Shown here piece by piece: positions 38,549-52,829 of a stretch of DNA of 64,000 nt (position 1 is its first letter; each line of letters begins with the position of its first letter). Source of the DNA: Flaccisagitta enflata (taxonomy: Eukaryota); assembly GCA_965153355.1 (NCBI GenBank), contig OZ231126.1, positions 34,348,001 to 34,412,000 of the forward strand, read 5' to 3'. Made by a program: the position numbers and the translations under genes. The notes beneath the pieces are model-generated. The model saw only the letters and a program-made list of their open reading frames with translations. It ran no database searches and was not told where the DNA came from.

Positions 38549-38986
38549 TTAAAGACGGAAGAAAGTGGATGGCGGGTTTGTTTGTTTGCACGTCTTTGGC
38601 AGGAGAGTTTGGCCAGGAAATTCATCAACGCTCCCAAAACTAATGATCATCACAAACAAGACAATGCCGGACTTTCGCGTCTCAAAGGAAACATCTTGTC
38701 CAGAGAATAATGACACCACATCTTGACTCATTGACCGAAGGATCGGTTTTCTGCATCCGGGTCATCAAAGGAACGTGTCCGTTCCTCGCTCAACAGTAAA
38801 GTGAAAACAGTGAAAGGAAGGAAATGTTGTCAGTGTCACAGAATGGAAGTCATTGATGATGGTGTAAGGGTATTCACGCTGACAAGAAAAGGTCGGAACT
38901 TGGAAGCTTTGAAAGTGTTATTACGCCTTTGCAATTGTCATGTCTACCAGTACGATGATACCATTAAGTGTTCGGTATAAAGCCAT
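38549..38986 (-). pseudogene. two-exon paralog of the 29676-30259 gene with a 1-nt frameshift
   Basis: MALYRTLNGIIVLVDMTIAK (38986-38925, GTAATA donor) then AEERTRSFDDPDAENRSFGQ/fs near 38731/SQDVVSLFSGQDVSFETRKSGIVLFVMIISFG, ungapped against IEKRMYLQKGTDASGRFQGSILDIGPLEKGYSMVLMVLIS. The acceptor would be an unusual GAG (38789). Confidence 0.6.
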
Positions 38987-39485
38987 GGGGCCTGTAGATG
39001 GAGACATAGACAGCATCCTTAAGCGGAGGAAACGATGTTAATGTCCGCACTCGAAGAATCAAGCGTTGTTGCAGAAAACTGTCACAGCAACTAATCCCCT
39101 GGATATCCATCCGCCGCAGCTTTGGGCACCAGTTTTCTCTTACCCACTTTTTCCGTCTCCCAAAAAATTAAGGAGCGCAAGATTGAGAAACTGGTGTCTG
39201 CCTCGAAAGGAAGACCCTGGCGGGCAAACGGACTGACTAACGGACAAACTAAAGGACCGACTGGCCGGAAGCCCAGAGGACGAACCGACTAACCGGGAAA
39301 ACCAAGCAATCAAATCTCTCACTTACGCCCACCGTGGCCGAGACTAGTGGAACCTGGTTTCAAGACAGACGTTTACGCCTTTGCCACTCGTCGTTGACTC
39401 ACTTTTCCCTCTGGAAGCTCACCGTTTTATATTTTCCGAACGTTTTTCTTCCATTCAGACGTTCATTTTCTTTCCTTTCTATCTT

Positions 39486-39518
<33 letters not shown>

Positions 39519-39525
39519 TTTTCTG

Positions 39526-39593
<68 letters not shown>

Positions 39594-40989
39594 TTTTCTT
39601 TCTTTCTTTCTTTCTTTCTTTCTTTTTTTCTTTCGGTTGTAATCTTCCCTTTGTTTACCTATACTCCTCATCATCCTCCGCCCTAATAGTGAAACAAAAA
39701 TTCTGTCAGTTCGAGTCTGGACCACTTCGATGTTAAAATTAAACAAACACTAGAATTTGCATTTTCGCTTCGTTTCGATATCGAGATGCTGCAATTTAAC
39801 AAACAGCGCTATGCGCCTTTGTTTTTTCTTTCCCCTCATGTATTTGGTGTCACCATTCCCTACATTTTCTCAACCCAACGCTCGATTCTAATGAGGCGTA
39901 GCCGCCACAATTTATGGCGATGGTGATATCGGAGTGAACTTTTTTTACGGATTCTCTTTGTCACTTTCTTTTGTTTTGCACAGCCACAGGTTGCTAAACC
40001 GGAGCACGGTGAGGCATCATAGGTTTCTATGTTTCTATCTTTCTTTCTCTCTTGTTATGTCTATCGATTTCTTTCCCTCACCATCTTCACATCCGCATCA
40101 CCATCGTGTCCTCAACCTTCGCAACCACCATCTAGGTGCACCTCCCACTCACCTCCCTCCTCCTCTTCTTCTCCCTCTTCCTATTACACCACCACCATCC
40201 CTTCTTCCTACTTTCCCCCTCTTTCGCTGTTATTTCCGTCATCATGTCGTTGAACGTTCTTCCAGTCCCGCATTTTTCCCTTGCCCGAGGGTTGAGGCTG
40301 AACACATTCAGGTAAACGAGGCTATTCAACTGCCAAGCTTCCTCTCTCCGAGACCTGAGGCTGAGCCAAGCCTTGAAGATGAGCGCATTAGATTCTCGTG
40401 CAATTAGTGCATTGGATAGCGTTAACGCGCCTCGGTGACTGCTATGTCGATTGATCTGTCCGTCTCTCCGTCAGTGCTTCTTTTAGGCTTTTCGGACATG
40501 CATTGTCAGAGATCCTTTGCATCTCTACCCCTGCCTTAGCCGCATGAGAGTAAAGGACCGTGACTACTTCTTGCTCCTCTATCTTAGCCAATTATCCTTT
40601 CATATAGCGCGGTGTTTCACCAGATGAAGAATTGGGGATACATGTCTTGAAAAGTGTCCACGACAACGACCCACGCAGGCAACGCTGAGATAAAGACAGA
40701 GTGGATCCAAGAAAAGGGGGAGACGCAACTTAGCGAAGGAGAAGAAAAATATCAGGGGAAAAAGTGAGAGAGCGAGAGCTAAAAGACAGACTAAATGGAT
40801 GAGATCGCGGTCGAAAAAAGGGTGCAACATCCTCCTGCACTGAACAAAAAAAATAGCGCAGAAAAAAAAACCCGTTTGCATCTGAAAGGAAGATTCCGAT
40901 GAAGATTCATTGAATAGAAGGGCGAGTTACTCCCGGATAGTGGCAAAATGCAGGCGAGACTAACTTAGACTAGACCAGTTGCACGATGC

Positions 40990-41218
<229 letters not shown>

Positions 41219-42868
41219 AAAAAAAGTAAAAGACGCGACGTAAAAGAAGAAGGAAAAGAAAAGGAAAAAGAAAAGAAGGAAGAAGAAGAAAGGGAAAAAA
41301 AAGAGGGAGAGAAGAGAGATGCTTGATGGGCTGAAAGGCACATGCTCACATGCATGATTACGTAGACATATACACGCACGTAGACACAGACAGATATGCT
41401 AATTGTTAGCTATAAACGCTGCAGTGTGATGTTCACCCATAGACGCAAACGTCGCAATCAACCACATATATTTTCACATAACAGCCAAAAAAAAACAAGT
41501 TATCCAGATCGGCCAATGAACATTTGTAGAAAAAATCGAGGAAGCAAAAGGTTGTTGTTGTACCCGATTGTCTGGCCTCGTGTCCGGCCTTGTTTTCTTT
41601 CCATTCGATGGTTAAGTTCGACATCGATGTGTCATAATTGACATGAAATGTAGTCATATTCGAGAACCTAAGCTCAGTTTTCGGACGAGTGCAGCTTTCT
41701 CTATACCATCGGTGTATGGCGAGGGACTTCAGGGTCTTCAGCTGAAAGGGCTGATGTCGGGCTTGAAAATCGCAGTTAACAAGAAAAAAGAAAAAAATAC
41801 ACAGTGTATGAATTCATAGAAAATGTTGCAATTTTACCATAAAGATTCATGAGACGTCAAATAATCTTATTGTAGCCTAATGCTATGTGCAGCATAGACA
41901 TGAAATGTACAATGTTGACTTAGTGTTTTATAGATCGTGATTGAAGCTGTTATCTTCATAGAAATTGGCTCTGTAGTTCCAGGCTAAAATATTCCATCCA
42001 CCGATGGCTATTACACGCCCTCTACTCATTTTGGCCATGTTTGTTTGGCTTCGTCAAAACCTAGTAGTAACCTCAGGCAACTTCAGCAACTTTCGTAAAA
42101 TTAAAATGGTTTTGTTCTATGAGCTGATCTAGACTGGACGCATCAATACGCCTTGTCTAACTCATGATGGAATTGAGTAAAGTAAAAAACCATCATTTTC
42201 TTCTTTTTCTCTCGCTCTCGCTCTATCATGATCTCCATTGGCTAAGTCTCACTCGGTCCGCTCCTCGGGGTCACAAACCTCAATCATGGCGGAGATTGCT
42301 TCGGCGAGGGAAAGCCACCAGAAAAAATGAAGACAGAAAAAAATAAAGAAAAAAAACTGACTCATTTGATTGGTTGGTAAATGGCTTCATGAGGGGATTA
42401 TTAGGGCGTAGTGACCTCAAATATGTGTCAGTGGCGACTCAGTTTCGCCTTCATTTTATGGCGATGAGAACTGGTCTAGAGACAAATTTGACCACTTCTA
42501 ATTGACTCCATTATACACAAATTCATTTTGGTATTACAGAGAGGAAACTCCCATCCATGCTGGGCCTGTGGGCCATCCATAATCCAGCGGAACAGGAATA
42601 ACCCTTAGTAAGGCAATTGGCTACAATTGACATTGTCTCAAGAGCAGAAGGGCATTTCAAACGCCATTTTGACTTTTGGCTTTTGCGAAGGGTTTTTTTT
42701 TCTTTTTCCCTAAGATTTTCCTCGTTGCTTTTCTCGTAAATTTCATTGGACGTAAAGCTTTCTCATTTTCAGAAACATATCTGGAAACACTTTTTGATTT
42801 GATATGAATTCGGTCTGATGGTGTTTCTTTCTCGCTTTCCTGTTTTTTGGGTTTTTTTTCGTCATTTT

Positions 42869-42936
<68 letters not shown>

Positions 42937-43051
42937 TTCTTTCTTCTCCTTTATTTTCATTTTTCACCCTTCTTCTTTTCTCTCTTCTCTTTCTCTGTCT
43001 CTTCTCTCTCTCTCTGTCTTTTCTCTGTCTGAAACTCTGAATGCTTCGCCT

Positions 43052-43544
43052 CAAAGGGCCGATGTCCTGTAGGACACAGGGGTGAATTTCCTTATGTCCA
43101 TCCATACGTCCATCGGTAGATCCCCCCCCCTCCCCTGAAGCTGTTCAATTCTAAAATTCCCATTGAATAACATGGTAAAATGACAAAATGCAAACTTCCC
43201 ATAAAATAACATAGAAGATTTTAAAAAATGAAAAAAATGCAAAATTCTAATTGAATAACATAGAAAATTGATAAAGAAAATAAAAAAATGAAATTCTCAT
43301 TGAATAACATGGAAAATTGACAAGAAATTGTAAAAAATGTATAACTCTTATTGAATATCATGGAAAATTGCCCCCTGAAAAATGCCTTCTCAGGAGTCAG
43401 GATGTAAGGAAATTCACCCCTGTGTCCTGCAGAAAATTGACTTTTTGGGGCCGCTGCCCTGCTGTCACTCCACTTCTTCAGCTGATCACTCCAAGTAGGG
43501 CATAGGGTACCGCTGACCATGTGCAATCCTTGGATTACTTGTTT
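43052..43544 (+). mobile_element. class E element
   Basis: GGGCCGATGTCCTGTAGGACACAGGGGTGAATTT IR and GCTGACCATGTGCAATCCTTGGAT tail. Confidence 0.85.
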
Positions 43545-43588
43545 CTTACTGTCTGTCGTGACTTTGGTTTGAATCTCGCGCTGCAAAA

Positions 43589-43840
43589 AACAAGTGACGC
43601 GGGGTCACAATATTGTTGCGGACGGGTGGGCAGGGGCATCCAACCCCCATTCACACCCCAGCCCACACCCCACATCCCTCCATACCCAACGCTCGCTTTT
43701 CCACTTTTCAACTCGATCATCACGGACCAACGGACCAATGGACCAACGGACCGACGGACCAATGAACCAACGGAACAACGGACCGACGGACCGCAGGAAG
43801 GACAAAACCTCTTATAGAGTTGCGTGTCCGCAACTAAAAA
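43589..43840 (-). mobile_element. HINE class C with alternative 3' hairpin GTGACCCCGCGTCAC
   Basis: Class C subTIRs; sister copies at 50582 and 63460. Confidence 0.88.
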
Positions 43841-44804
43841 GAAGGAAAAAAGTCCGTTCTCAGCGTCGAGGCGCAGAAAAGGAGGAAGAAACATGGCATC
43901 TATAAAATATGGAATATTTGACATTTTGTCAGCGGCGCCGAGGAGACCGACAAAAGCCAGAGAAACGACACCCTCGAGAAGGGAGGACGACGATGATGAA
44001 GAGGATGATGAAGAGGATGATGAGGATGAAGAGGATGATGAGGATGATAAGGAGGAAGACGATTTAAAGAACGATCAAAAGGAAAAAAAGAAAAGGACAA
44101 TGAAGAGAGCGGAGAAGAGGAACAGTAAGGGGGGGGGGGGCGGGGGCTATGGTTAAGAAGACGCAAAGGTTTGCATGAAGCAAACGATTGAAACGAAGAT
44201 AAAGGGGGGAGTGAGAATCATGATGAAGAGAACGATCCAGAGAATAATGAAGAAAAATAATGGAATGTAGTAGGTATAACGGCTAATCGCTTGCGCATTG
44301 GAAATTGCTCTAGACGCGAGCGAAAACGGAATCAGACTGATTGATAGCTTCCCCTTTAGGTTCAGTAAAAATGTTAAAAATGACCATATAATTAAGACCG
44401 AATATTTTTCTGAAAGGGAATTTAGAGAGCTATCGACTGGTGTCAATTATAACCACATGCGACAAAAATAGGACAGTTATTTTTTCTTTTTTTTCCTTCT
44501 ATCAAAGATTACGCGCATATGCGACTATGAGTATTTTTGCACGCGAGATGGTTTGATTCCTCTTCGTTTTTTCTTTCCAATGAGCTATTTACCAAAGTTC
44601 AGTTCCTCCTCTCTCAGCCTCTCTGGCGGTTTAAAGATGACGCTATAAGCTCGATTTTTCACCCTTTTCTTTGCCCGTGTTTATGTTTAACACAAACATT
44701 GATTCATCACACATGCGATAAAGAATCGATTGTACTCGCATGTTTCGTTACCGAATCGGATTATGAGTTTATACATGAAATTCAGAATTTACCCCTAACA
44801 TGCG

Positions 44805-45575
44805 TCGACTACCCCACCATCCTGCGAGTGTCAACTAACCCCATCAAGTGTCAACTACCCTGTAAGGGTCACACTATCCCCACAAGTGTCAACTACCCCC
44901 ACAAAGTTCAATTACCCCACAAGTCAATTTCTGCCTCAAGTGTCAACCACCCTAGTAAGTGTCAACTACCCTAAGTGTCAACTACCCCCATTGCTGTCAA
45001 TCTACCTCGCGCAAGTGTCAACTACCCCTCGCATGTGAACTACCCTTGCAAGTGTCAACCACCCATGCAAGAGTCCACTACCCCCCACAAGTGTGGACTA
45101 CCCCCCACAAGTGTCAATCTACCCCGCAAGTGTCAAATAACCCCCTAAAGCATCAACTACCCCCGCGAAGTGTCAACTACCCTGCCAGTGTTCTACCCCA
45201 CAAAGGTCAACTACCTAACAAGTGTCAATGACACCTGCAAGGGTCAACTCCCGTGTAAGTGTCAACTACCCTGGTGGCATACTACCCTCAAGTGTCAACT
45301 ACCCCACTATGTCAACTACCCCCTAAGTGTCAACTATCTCGTAAGTGTCAACTACCCCCAAGTTTCAACTACTTCATAAGTGTCAACTATCCCCCGAAAA
45401 GCAACTACTCTCAGTGTCAACTACCACTTCAGATGTCACCTACCTCATGTCAACTACTTCTACAAGTGTCAACTCTAAGTGTCAACTATCCCTAAGTGTT
45501 AACTACCTCTGCAAGTGTCAACTACCCTGCAAGTACAAATACCCTGAAGTGCTGATACCTCTGCAAGTACCCCCC
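44805..45575. repeat. degenerate ~19-21-bp minisatellite, core AAGTGTCAACTACCC
   Basis: Read directly; more than 30 units. Confidence 0.9.
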
Positions 45576-46157
45576 CCCAGTGGATAACATTTTCTGAGGA
45601 TTTCTTCCTAATTTTCATTTCAAATGACTATTTCAAGCACCTCATAATTCAAATAAAGCTCACAGAATCGGCTCATTTTTTTTTAATACTTACATACACT
45701 GTAAGTAGTAAGTTTCTGGAGGTTTTCAGGCATTTTTGACCTTATCTATCATTATTTCAACGGACCAACTACAAGAAAAACAGCAGCCAAAAATCTCGCT
45801 AATTTCTTCATTAAAAAAGTCATATAATTATTGGGGTCAATTTGATTTTTTCGGGCCAAAAATGTCCGAAACCTCCCAAAACCTCACCTCAGAGACATGT
45901 TGGAGTGAAAAAGGCCAATGAATGAGTACTGTCATCAATTTGGAAAAATTAGGTCGTATACCTAAATGTAGAAGGTCATGAGGACGATGATACGGGAAAA
46001 GGGAAGAGAAATCTTGACGTTGAAGAGTTCAATTAGCATGATATGATATGATATCGATGAGGATGGGGAGGAGATAAAAATGGATGATCAAAAGACAGAT
46101 GAAGATTGTAGATGGCGAGGACGGAATTGAGGCGGATGATATGTTGATACGATGATA

Positions 46158-46315
46158 GAGTTAAACCTCGCTCTAACGGATTTCAAGGGACTAATATATT
46201 TTATCTGTTATAAGCGGAGTTTTGTCAGAGCCAATATAGGAAAAAATAGAGACATTAGCATCCATTATTGGCGGAATTTTGTTAGTGGCGGGTCCATTAG
46301 AGCGGGGTTCAACTG
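46158..46315. mobile_element. small pogo/Tigger-type MITE, TA TSD
   Basis: TA-GAGTTAAACCTCGCTCTAACGGA ... TCCATTAGAGCGGGGTTCAACTG-TA. Confidence 0.82.
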
Positions 46316-46799
46316 TAACGTGAATCATGATACAATAAAGTGAAACTGAAAAGAAAATATAAGAATGTAGTAGGAACGATAATGTTAAGGGGGGGGGGGC
46401 GAAAAGAAATGAAACGAGGGCGTTTGAAATTTTCGAAGAGAAGGGTTCAAGGAAAGCAAAATCAAAAACATATGACGATGAATGTGTAAATCTCTGAATC
46501 TAGAAGCATAATTGAACAGAATTGAGCGTAAGGGAACGATGGAACGGGTATGGGTAGATGAGACGGAAGATGAATGGGGATGAGTGCCCCTCTCGGAGAG
46601 CAGAGTTTTATTCTGATTATATCCCTGAAGACAGAAGAGACTTCAACCACGTGTGGGGGTGAACAGGGGAAGCGGCAAGATCCAATTCGTCATTTTCGTT
46701 CTCGCCCTTTTGGTTTCATTTCACTTTCTTTCTTTTTCGCGCAATTTTTAAGTTTTTTTCCCCCCTCTCCTTTTCTCTTCTTTTTCTTCCTCTTCCCTT

Positions 46800-47154
46800 C
46801 TTGGGCAGAGACCCTAAAGGGGACGAAGTCCTGTAGAACACTAGTGGGCATTTGTTCATCCATTCAATCATCCATTCACTTGTTCATTCATTAGTCTATC
46901 TGTCCCCTTCCCCATTATGCTACTCCGGCCTGAAATCTGCCCTCAGAGGCCTGAAATCTGCCATCTCAGGCCTGAAATGTGCCCTCTCATGCCTCAAATC
47001 TGGTTTCTCAGGCTTCAAGAAGACTGAACGGACAAATGAGCGAACAGACAAAAAAATGGACAAACAAAAGTCCCCCTGTGTTCTACAGGATTGCGTTTCC
47101 GTCGGGGCAGCTGCCCTGCTTTTTGACCTCATATTGCCCTTGGACGGACTGTTT
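46800..47154 (+). mobile_element. class E element, degenerate
   Basis: Homologous to 13912-14606. Confidence 0.78.
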
Positions 47155-47318
47155 CTTCATTTTTTTATCCTTTTCTCCGTCTTCCTCGTTTTTTCTGTCT
47201 TCCTCTTCCTCTTCTTCTTGCTCCTCTTCTTTTTTTTTCTTTTTCTTTTTCTTTTTCTTTTTCTTTTTATTTTTCTTTTTCTTCTTCTTCTTCATCTTCT
47301 GATTCTTTTTCGTCCTTG

Positions 47319-47994
47319 GCGGCCGATGTCCTGTAGGACACAGGGGTGAATTTCCTTACGTCCGTCCGTACGTACGTCCGTCCGTATGTCCCCCCCTCCG
47401 AAGTTTCTCAAGCCTCTCAGGCCTCAAATCCAGCCTCTCAGGCCTCAAATCTGGCCTCTCAGGCCTCAAATCTAGCCTTTCAGGCCTCAAACCCAGCCTC
47501 TCAGGCCTCAAATCTGGCCTCTCAGGCCTCAAATCTGGCCTCCCAGGCCTCAAATCTAGCCTCTCAGGCCTCAAATCCAGCCTCTCAGGCCTCAAATCTG
47601 GCCTCTCAGGCCTCAAATCTGGCCTCTCAAGCCTCAAATTCAGCCTTTCAGGCCTCAAATCCAGCCTCACAGGCCTCAAATCCCACTTCTCAAGCCTCAA
47701 ATCCAGCCTCTTGGGCCTAAAATCCAGCCTCTTGGGCCTCAAATCCAGCCTCTTTGGCCTCAAATTTCCATTGAATAACATGGCAAATTGAAAAAAATGC
47801 AAAATTCCCAATGAATATCACGGAAAATTACCCCAAATATGCCCTCTCAGGACGTATGGAAATTCACCCCTGTGTCCTACAGAACATCGGCCCTTTAGGG
47901 CCGCTGCCCTGCTCTCACTCCACTTCTTCAGTTAATCACTCCAAGCAGGGCATCGGGTACCGCTGACCATGTGCGATCCTTGGATGACTTGTTT
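47319..47994 (+). mobile_element. class E element with 21-bp GGCCTCAAATCCAGCCTCTCA array
   Basis: IRs and tail as in 43052-43544; the 5' tip is missing. Confidence 0.88.
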
Positions 47995-48497
47995 CTTCTT
48001 CTTCTCTTTCATCATCTTCTTTTTATAATACCTCTCACATAATTTAACGAAATGGCAAAATGATCAAAATTGACAGAAACAATGCATTCAGTGGGCTGAA
48101 ATCTGACACAGAGGGAGCTAAAATATAGTATTTTCGCAAATCAGGGCAAAAGTGTGCATCTGGGAAAGTGCGTGGCTCCGGGAGAGGGTTTTGCCAAAAA
48201 TCCAGTGAAAGATTTTGACTGATTTTGACAAAGAAACTTTTGATGATGAGACAACAGAAACCTTAAAATTTGCCATGAATAAGGCAAGAAAACATCAATT
48301 TTCGGGTTCTTGTATCACTAACAGACAAAAATGAGTCAACAGTATAAAGATACAGTCAGTGGCAGCTGCAAAAATTATCGAAACCCCTTGTCAAAAAAAA
48401 TGGTTTTGACGCCAATTTTAAAGCTAAACAAAACCTGAAATTTGTATGATATCATTTGATGAGGCTTTTTACAGCTATTGGATGACATGATTTAAAG

Positions 48498-48637
48498 TTT
48501 TTAGGTGCGACAAAGCACCTCTATAACTGGCTCTGTCCGTCGGTCGGTCGGTCGGTCGGTCGGTCGGTCTGTTGGGCGGGTAATGCACTCGTTCGACGAT
48601 CCACACGTCGCACCTCATTGGCCTACTTGGCCTTGTT
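48498..48637 (+). mobile_element. HINE class D (GGTGCGAC variant)
   Basis: AGGTGCGACAAAGCACCT...GTCGCACCT-CATTGGCCTACTTGGCCTTGTT. Confidence 0.88.
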
Positions 48638-48806
48638 TTGTAGAGCTCTCATGGGAATATCATATTTTGAAAGTATCATCAACCTAGCTAGACTTGTTTT
48701 GGACTTGAAAAACGCAATTATGGACAAGATCTGATCCCAGTTCGCCTAATTTTGTGAGAGGTGTTACTTCCCTTCACGCTTCCTGTTTTTGCTCTCGACA
48801 ATTCAC

Positions 48807-48958
48807 TTTTTAGATGCGTCATCGCATCTCTATATATAAGAGGGTCTGTCCGTCCGTCTGTCCGTCCGTCCGTCCGTCCGTCCGTCCGTCCGTCCGTCCG
48901 TTACGCCTCTTCTAATATCACGCAGATGACGCATCTAGTTGCCCGATCGGGCTTGTTT
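48807..48958 (+). mobile_element. HINE class B, short variant
   Basis: As 26836-26981. Confidence 0.88.
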
Positions 48959-49037
48959 AGTGAGGAATTAGTTTGCGTCACGACTGAGTACGCCCTGGCT
49001 TAAAGCAACGCTCGCGTCACCGGCACTGCCGGTGTTC

Positions 49038-49152
49038 CCGGCGTTACCGACGCTATCGGCACTCCAGGAGTTACCGGCATTACCGACGTTATCGGGACTC
49101 CAGGAGTTACCGGCGTTACCGGTGTTGTCGTCACTACAGGCACCTCCGGTGT
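49038..49152. repeat. 36-bp tandem repeat, about 3 units
   Basis: CCGGCGTTACCGACGYTATCGGSACTCCAGGAGTTA. Confidence 0.85.
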
Positions 49153-49228
49153 TTATGGGCGCCCAAAAAATGTCAATATCGAATAACATTTTTGTTCTTT
49201 CTTTTTTTCCTGATGAAGATAGACAATT

Positions 49229-49442
<214 letters not shown>

Positions 49443-49649
49443 CGCAGGCAGGGCACAGGTGAAAATACTTTGGAACTGGTCTGGTAAAAAAGGCCGTACA
49501 CACGGGCCCCCAGTCGCGAACGGGCGGACAGGGGCAGTGAAGCAATAAACTGCTCACATATCGAATAAGTTACCGACCGACCAACAGACTGACATAGAAA
49601 CGTAAAGCGTCACGTGTCAGACCAGACCAGACAGACATCATGTAACTAC

Positions 49650-50202
49650 AACAAGCCCAACAGGCCAACAGCCGCGTGCTTTGTTTTACAGTAACATGCA
49701 CCTGCAATCCTGCATGCATATTCTTCCTTCCTTCCTCACTTCCCTCCTTACTTCCTCCATTCTTTCCTTCCTTCCCTCCTTCCTCCCTTCCTTCCTTTCA
49801 TCCTTCCTTCCTTCCTTCCTTCCTTCCTTCCTTCCTTCCTTCCTTCCTTCCTTCCTTCCATTCGTTTGTTCCATCCTTCCTTCCATTCTTTCCATCCTTC
49901 TTCCCTCCCTCCCTCCCTCCCTTCCTTCCTTTCATCCTTTGAAGGCCATGCAATATTTATGGGTATATGGGGGAGGTATATGGGGTATTGCACCGGGTAA
50001 CAATATTCTGAGTATTGGGGTTATCCAATACCCAATGCCCGATATTTTCCTGCTAAAAATCACTAATTTGACACTATAAACTACTAATTTAACCTTAGAA
50101 TACACAAAAAAGTTCCAAATTAAAAATGTTCCGGAGGGACTGATGGACTGAAGGACCGACCAAAAGAGCAAGGTGTAGAGTCGCGTGCACGCGAATGAAA
50201 AA
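49650..50202 (-). mobile_element. HINE class A, GGAA-tract variant (uninterrupted copy)
   Basis: ACAAGCCCAACAGGCCAACAGCCGCGTGC ... GAGTCGCGTGCACGCGA; related copy at 51298-51565. Confidence 0.85.
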
Positions 50203-50244
50203 TACCCACTTTCAGAGCCACCGTTCGCTTATATTTTTTGTTTG

Positions 50245-50503
50245 AACAAGGCCAACTTCTATAAGTCGCGTGCGAGACTTACATAATGACTTAGAATCAC
50301 GTAGAATGACTTAGAATGACTTAGTATACTATCAAATGACTTAAAATGATTTAAGGAAAAAAAATTGATAAAAAATAGTAAAAGTAAGACAGACCGACAA
50401 ACAGACCAACCTACGGACCAACCCACCAACCGACCGACCAACCGACTGACCGACGGACGGACGTACACAGTGGGGTGTAGAGTTGCGTGCATGCGACTAA
50501 AAA
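50245..50503 (-). mobile_element. HINE class A
   Basis: As 2197-2615. Confidence 0.88.
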
Positions 50504-50581
50504 TTGGTAAGGCTGAGGAATCGACGGAGTGCGCCATAAATTGGAGCATAATTGGAATACATGGATTTCGACTCTTAACTC

Positions 50582-50810
50582 TTTTTAGTTGCGGACACGC
50601 AACTCTATAAGAGGCTATGTTCGTCCTTCCGTTGGTCTGTTGGTCTATCGGTGGTGATCAACTTGAAAAGTGCAAAGACACGCATTTTTGAAGCTGCCAC
50701 TGTGATCATCTGTTTGCGTGAGTGTGTTTGGGGTGAGTGAGGGTGTGGGTGGGGGTTGTGCGCCCCTGCCCACCCGTCCGCAACGATATTGTGACCCCGC
50801 GTTACATGTT
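50582..50810 (+). mobile_element. HINE class C (alternative hairpin)
   Basis: As 43589-43840. Confidence 0.88.
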
Positions 50811-51581
50811 ACACGTTACACGTTACACGTCGAAAATGCCGACAGTCGAGGCTGACGCCTAGGCCGGAAATGCCGATAGTAAAGGACGCCGAGGCCGATG
50901 CTGGCGCCGGCAAACAAGGCTAACGCCGAGACTTGTGTCGACAAAGATACCGGCAATGTCGATAGTCATGGACTACTACTGACGCCGACAATCGAGGCTG
51001 ATGCCAAAGTGGACAACGATAACAGCATCGACGGCGACGCTGTCAATCGATTTCAGACATAAAGACTGCCAGGTGGTAATGGCCATCGACAGAGACACAA
51101 AGAAACAAAAAGAGAGACACAGATGGAGACTGCACCGGATTTCAAAAGAAGGGAAGGAAAAACATGAAATTTAAAAAGAAAGGAGGAAAGTAGCTAAGAC
51201 TTGAAACGAAGATGGAAGGCGAGTAAAGAAGATACAAATAATGATAAATTATGAATGATGACAAAGGATCCATGAGAGAGAAGGGCGACGCAATCAAAAC
51301 AAGCCCAACAGGCCAACAGTCGCGTGCTCCGTTTTACAATGACACTCACAACTACCTACTCAATCTTTCCCTTGTTCCTACCTCCCTTCTTTCCTTCCTT
51401 CCTCCCTCCCATTCTCCCTCCCTTTCATTTCCTTCCTTCCTTCTCCCCTTCCCTCCTTCCTCCTCCCTCCTTAAAGTACCCAAAAAAAAAGAAAGATTTA
51501 CAAATGTTTTGAGCGGACAGACGAACTTACGGACCGACAGAGCAACCTTGAGAGTCGCGTCAAGAGAGCCATTATGAGCGA

Positions 51582-51659
<78 letters not shown>

Positions 51660-51695
51660 AAAAAAGAAAGAAAGAAAGAAAGAAAGAAAGAAAAA

Positions 51696-51831
<136 letters not shown>

Positions 51832-51984
51832 GAGAACGAAAGAGAGAAAGAAAGAGAGAAAGTGAAAAGAAAAATACATTACGGTCGCATCAGCAGCCTT
51901 TCTAATACCTTCAATAAGAAATGAAACGAGAGACATGAATAAAGAAACAGATGAAATTGAATTGAAATAGGAGATAAAAGTACA

Positions 51985-52338
<354 letters not shown>

Positions 52339-52346
52339 TGTGGGGC

Positions 52347-52829
52347 TTGGGTGCTTCACATAGCAAAAGTTGTGTGGAGGAGCAAAAATTATGAAGATGA
52401 TCTTTTTTTTTCAAAGTTCCTTTATCTTCCATTTTTGTTTTGGCCTTAAAGTTCTCACAGATTTCCCAGAATTCAGCAAAATCCTGTGTAGTTTTGTTAC
52501 AAAAAGGTCAATTATTTGTTTTATAAAATCCTGATGTGTATAAAAATAAACTAAAAAATAAGAACATAAGCCATGAAAGAGCTTATGAAAAAACAAAATT
52601 ATAATTTTATGAAGAGTAAAAATTTGTAAAAGCTAATTCAAATAATGTCAGCATATTGTTTTATCCCACTGCATTATGCAAATTAGGTCCTCAAAAACAA
52701 TTTTTTAGCAAACGGAAGATAAATGATTTTTGATAAAAGAAAAATGGTAAGGGTTCTAAAATTGGCTACTCCACATTAGGTAAAAAGGGTGAAAAGAAAT
52801 AACCAACTTTTGCTATGTGAAGCACCCAA
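52347..52829. mobile_element. Mutator-type MITE
   Basis: Perfect 26-bp TIR TTGGGTGCTTCACATAGCAAAAGTTG; 9-bp TSD GTGTGGGGC (52338-52346, 52830-52838). Confidence 0.88.

Noticed and set aside
41433-41750. Minus-strand exon-like stretch (AEDPEVPRH...; MTTFHVNYDTS...)
   Set aside because: No family motifs beyond PRH, and it is interrupted by a HINE end; not supportable.
48968-49152. DNxGNAGNSWS repeat protein
   Set aside because: Only about 3 units of a 36-bp repeat, with no credible start or splice context.
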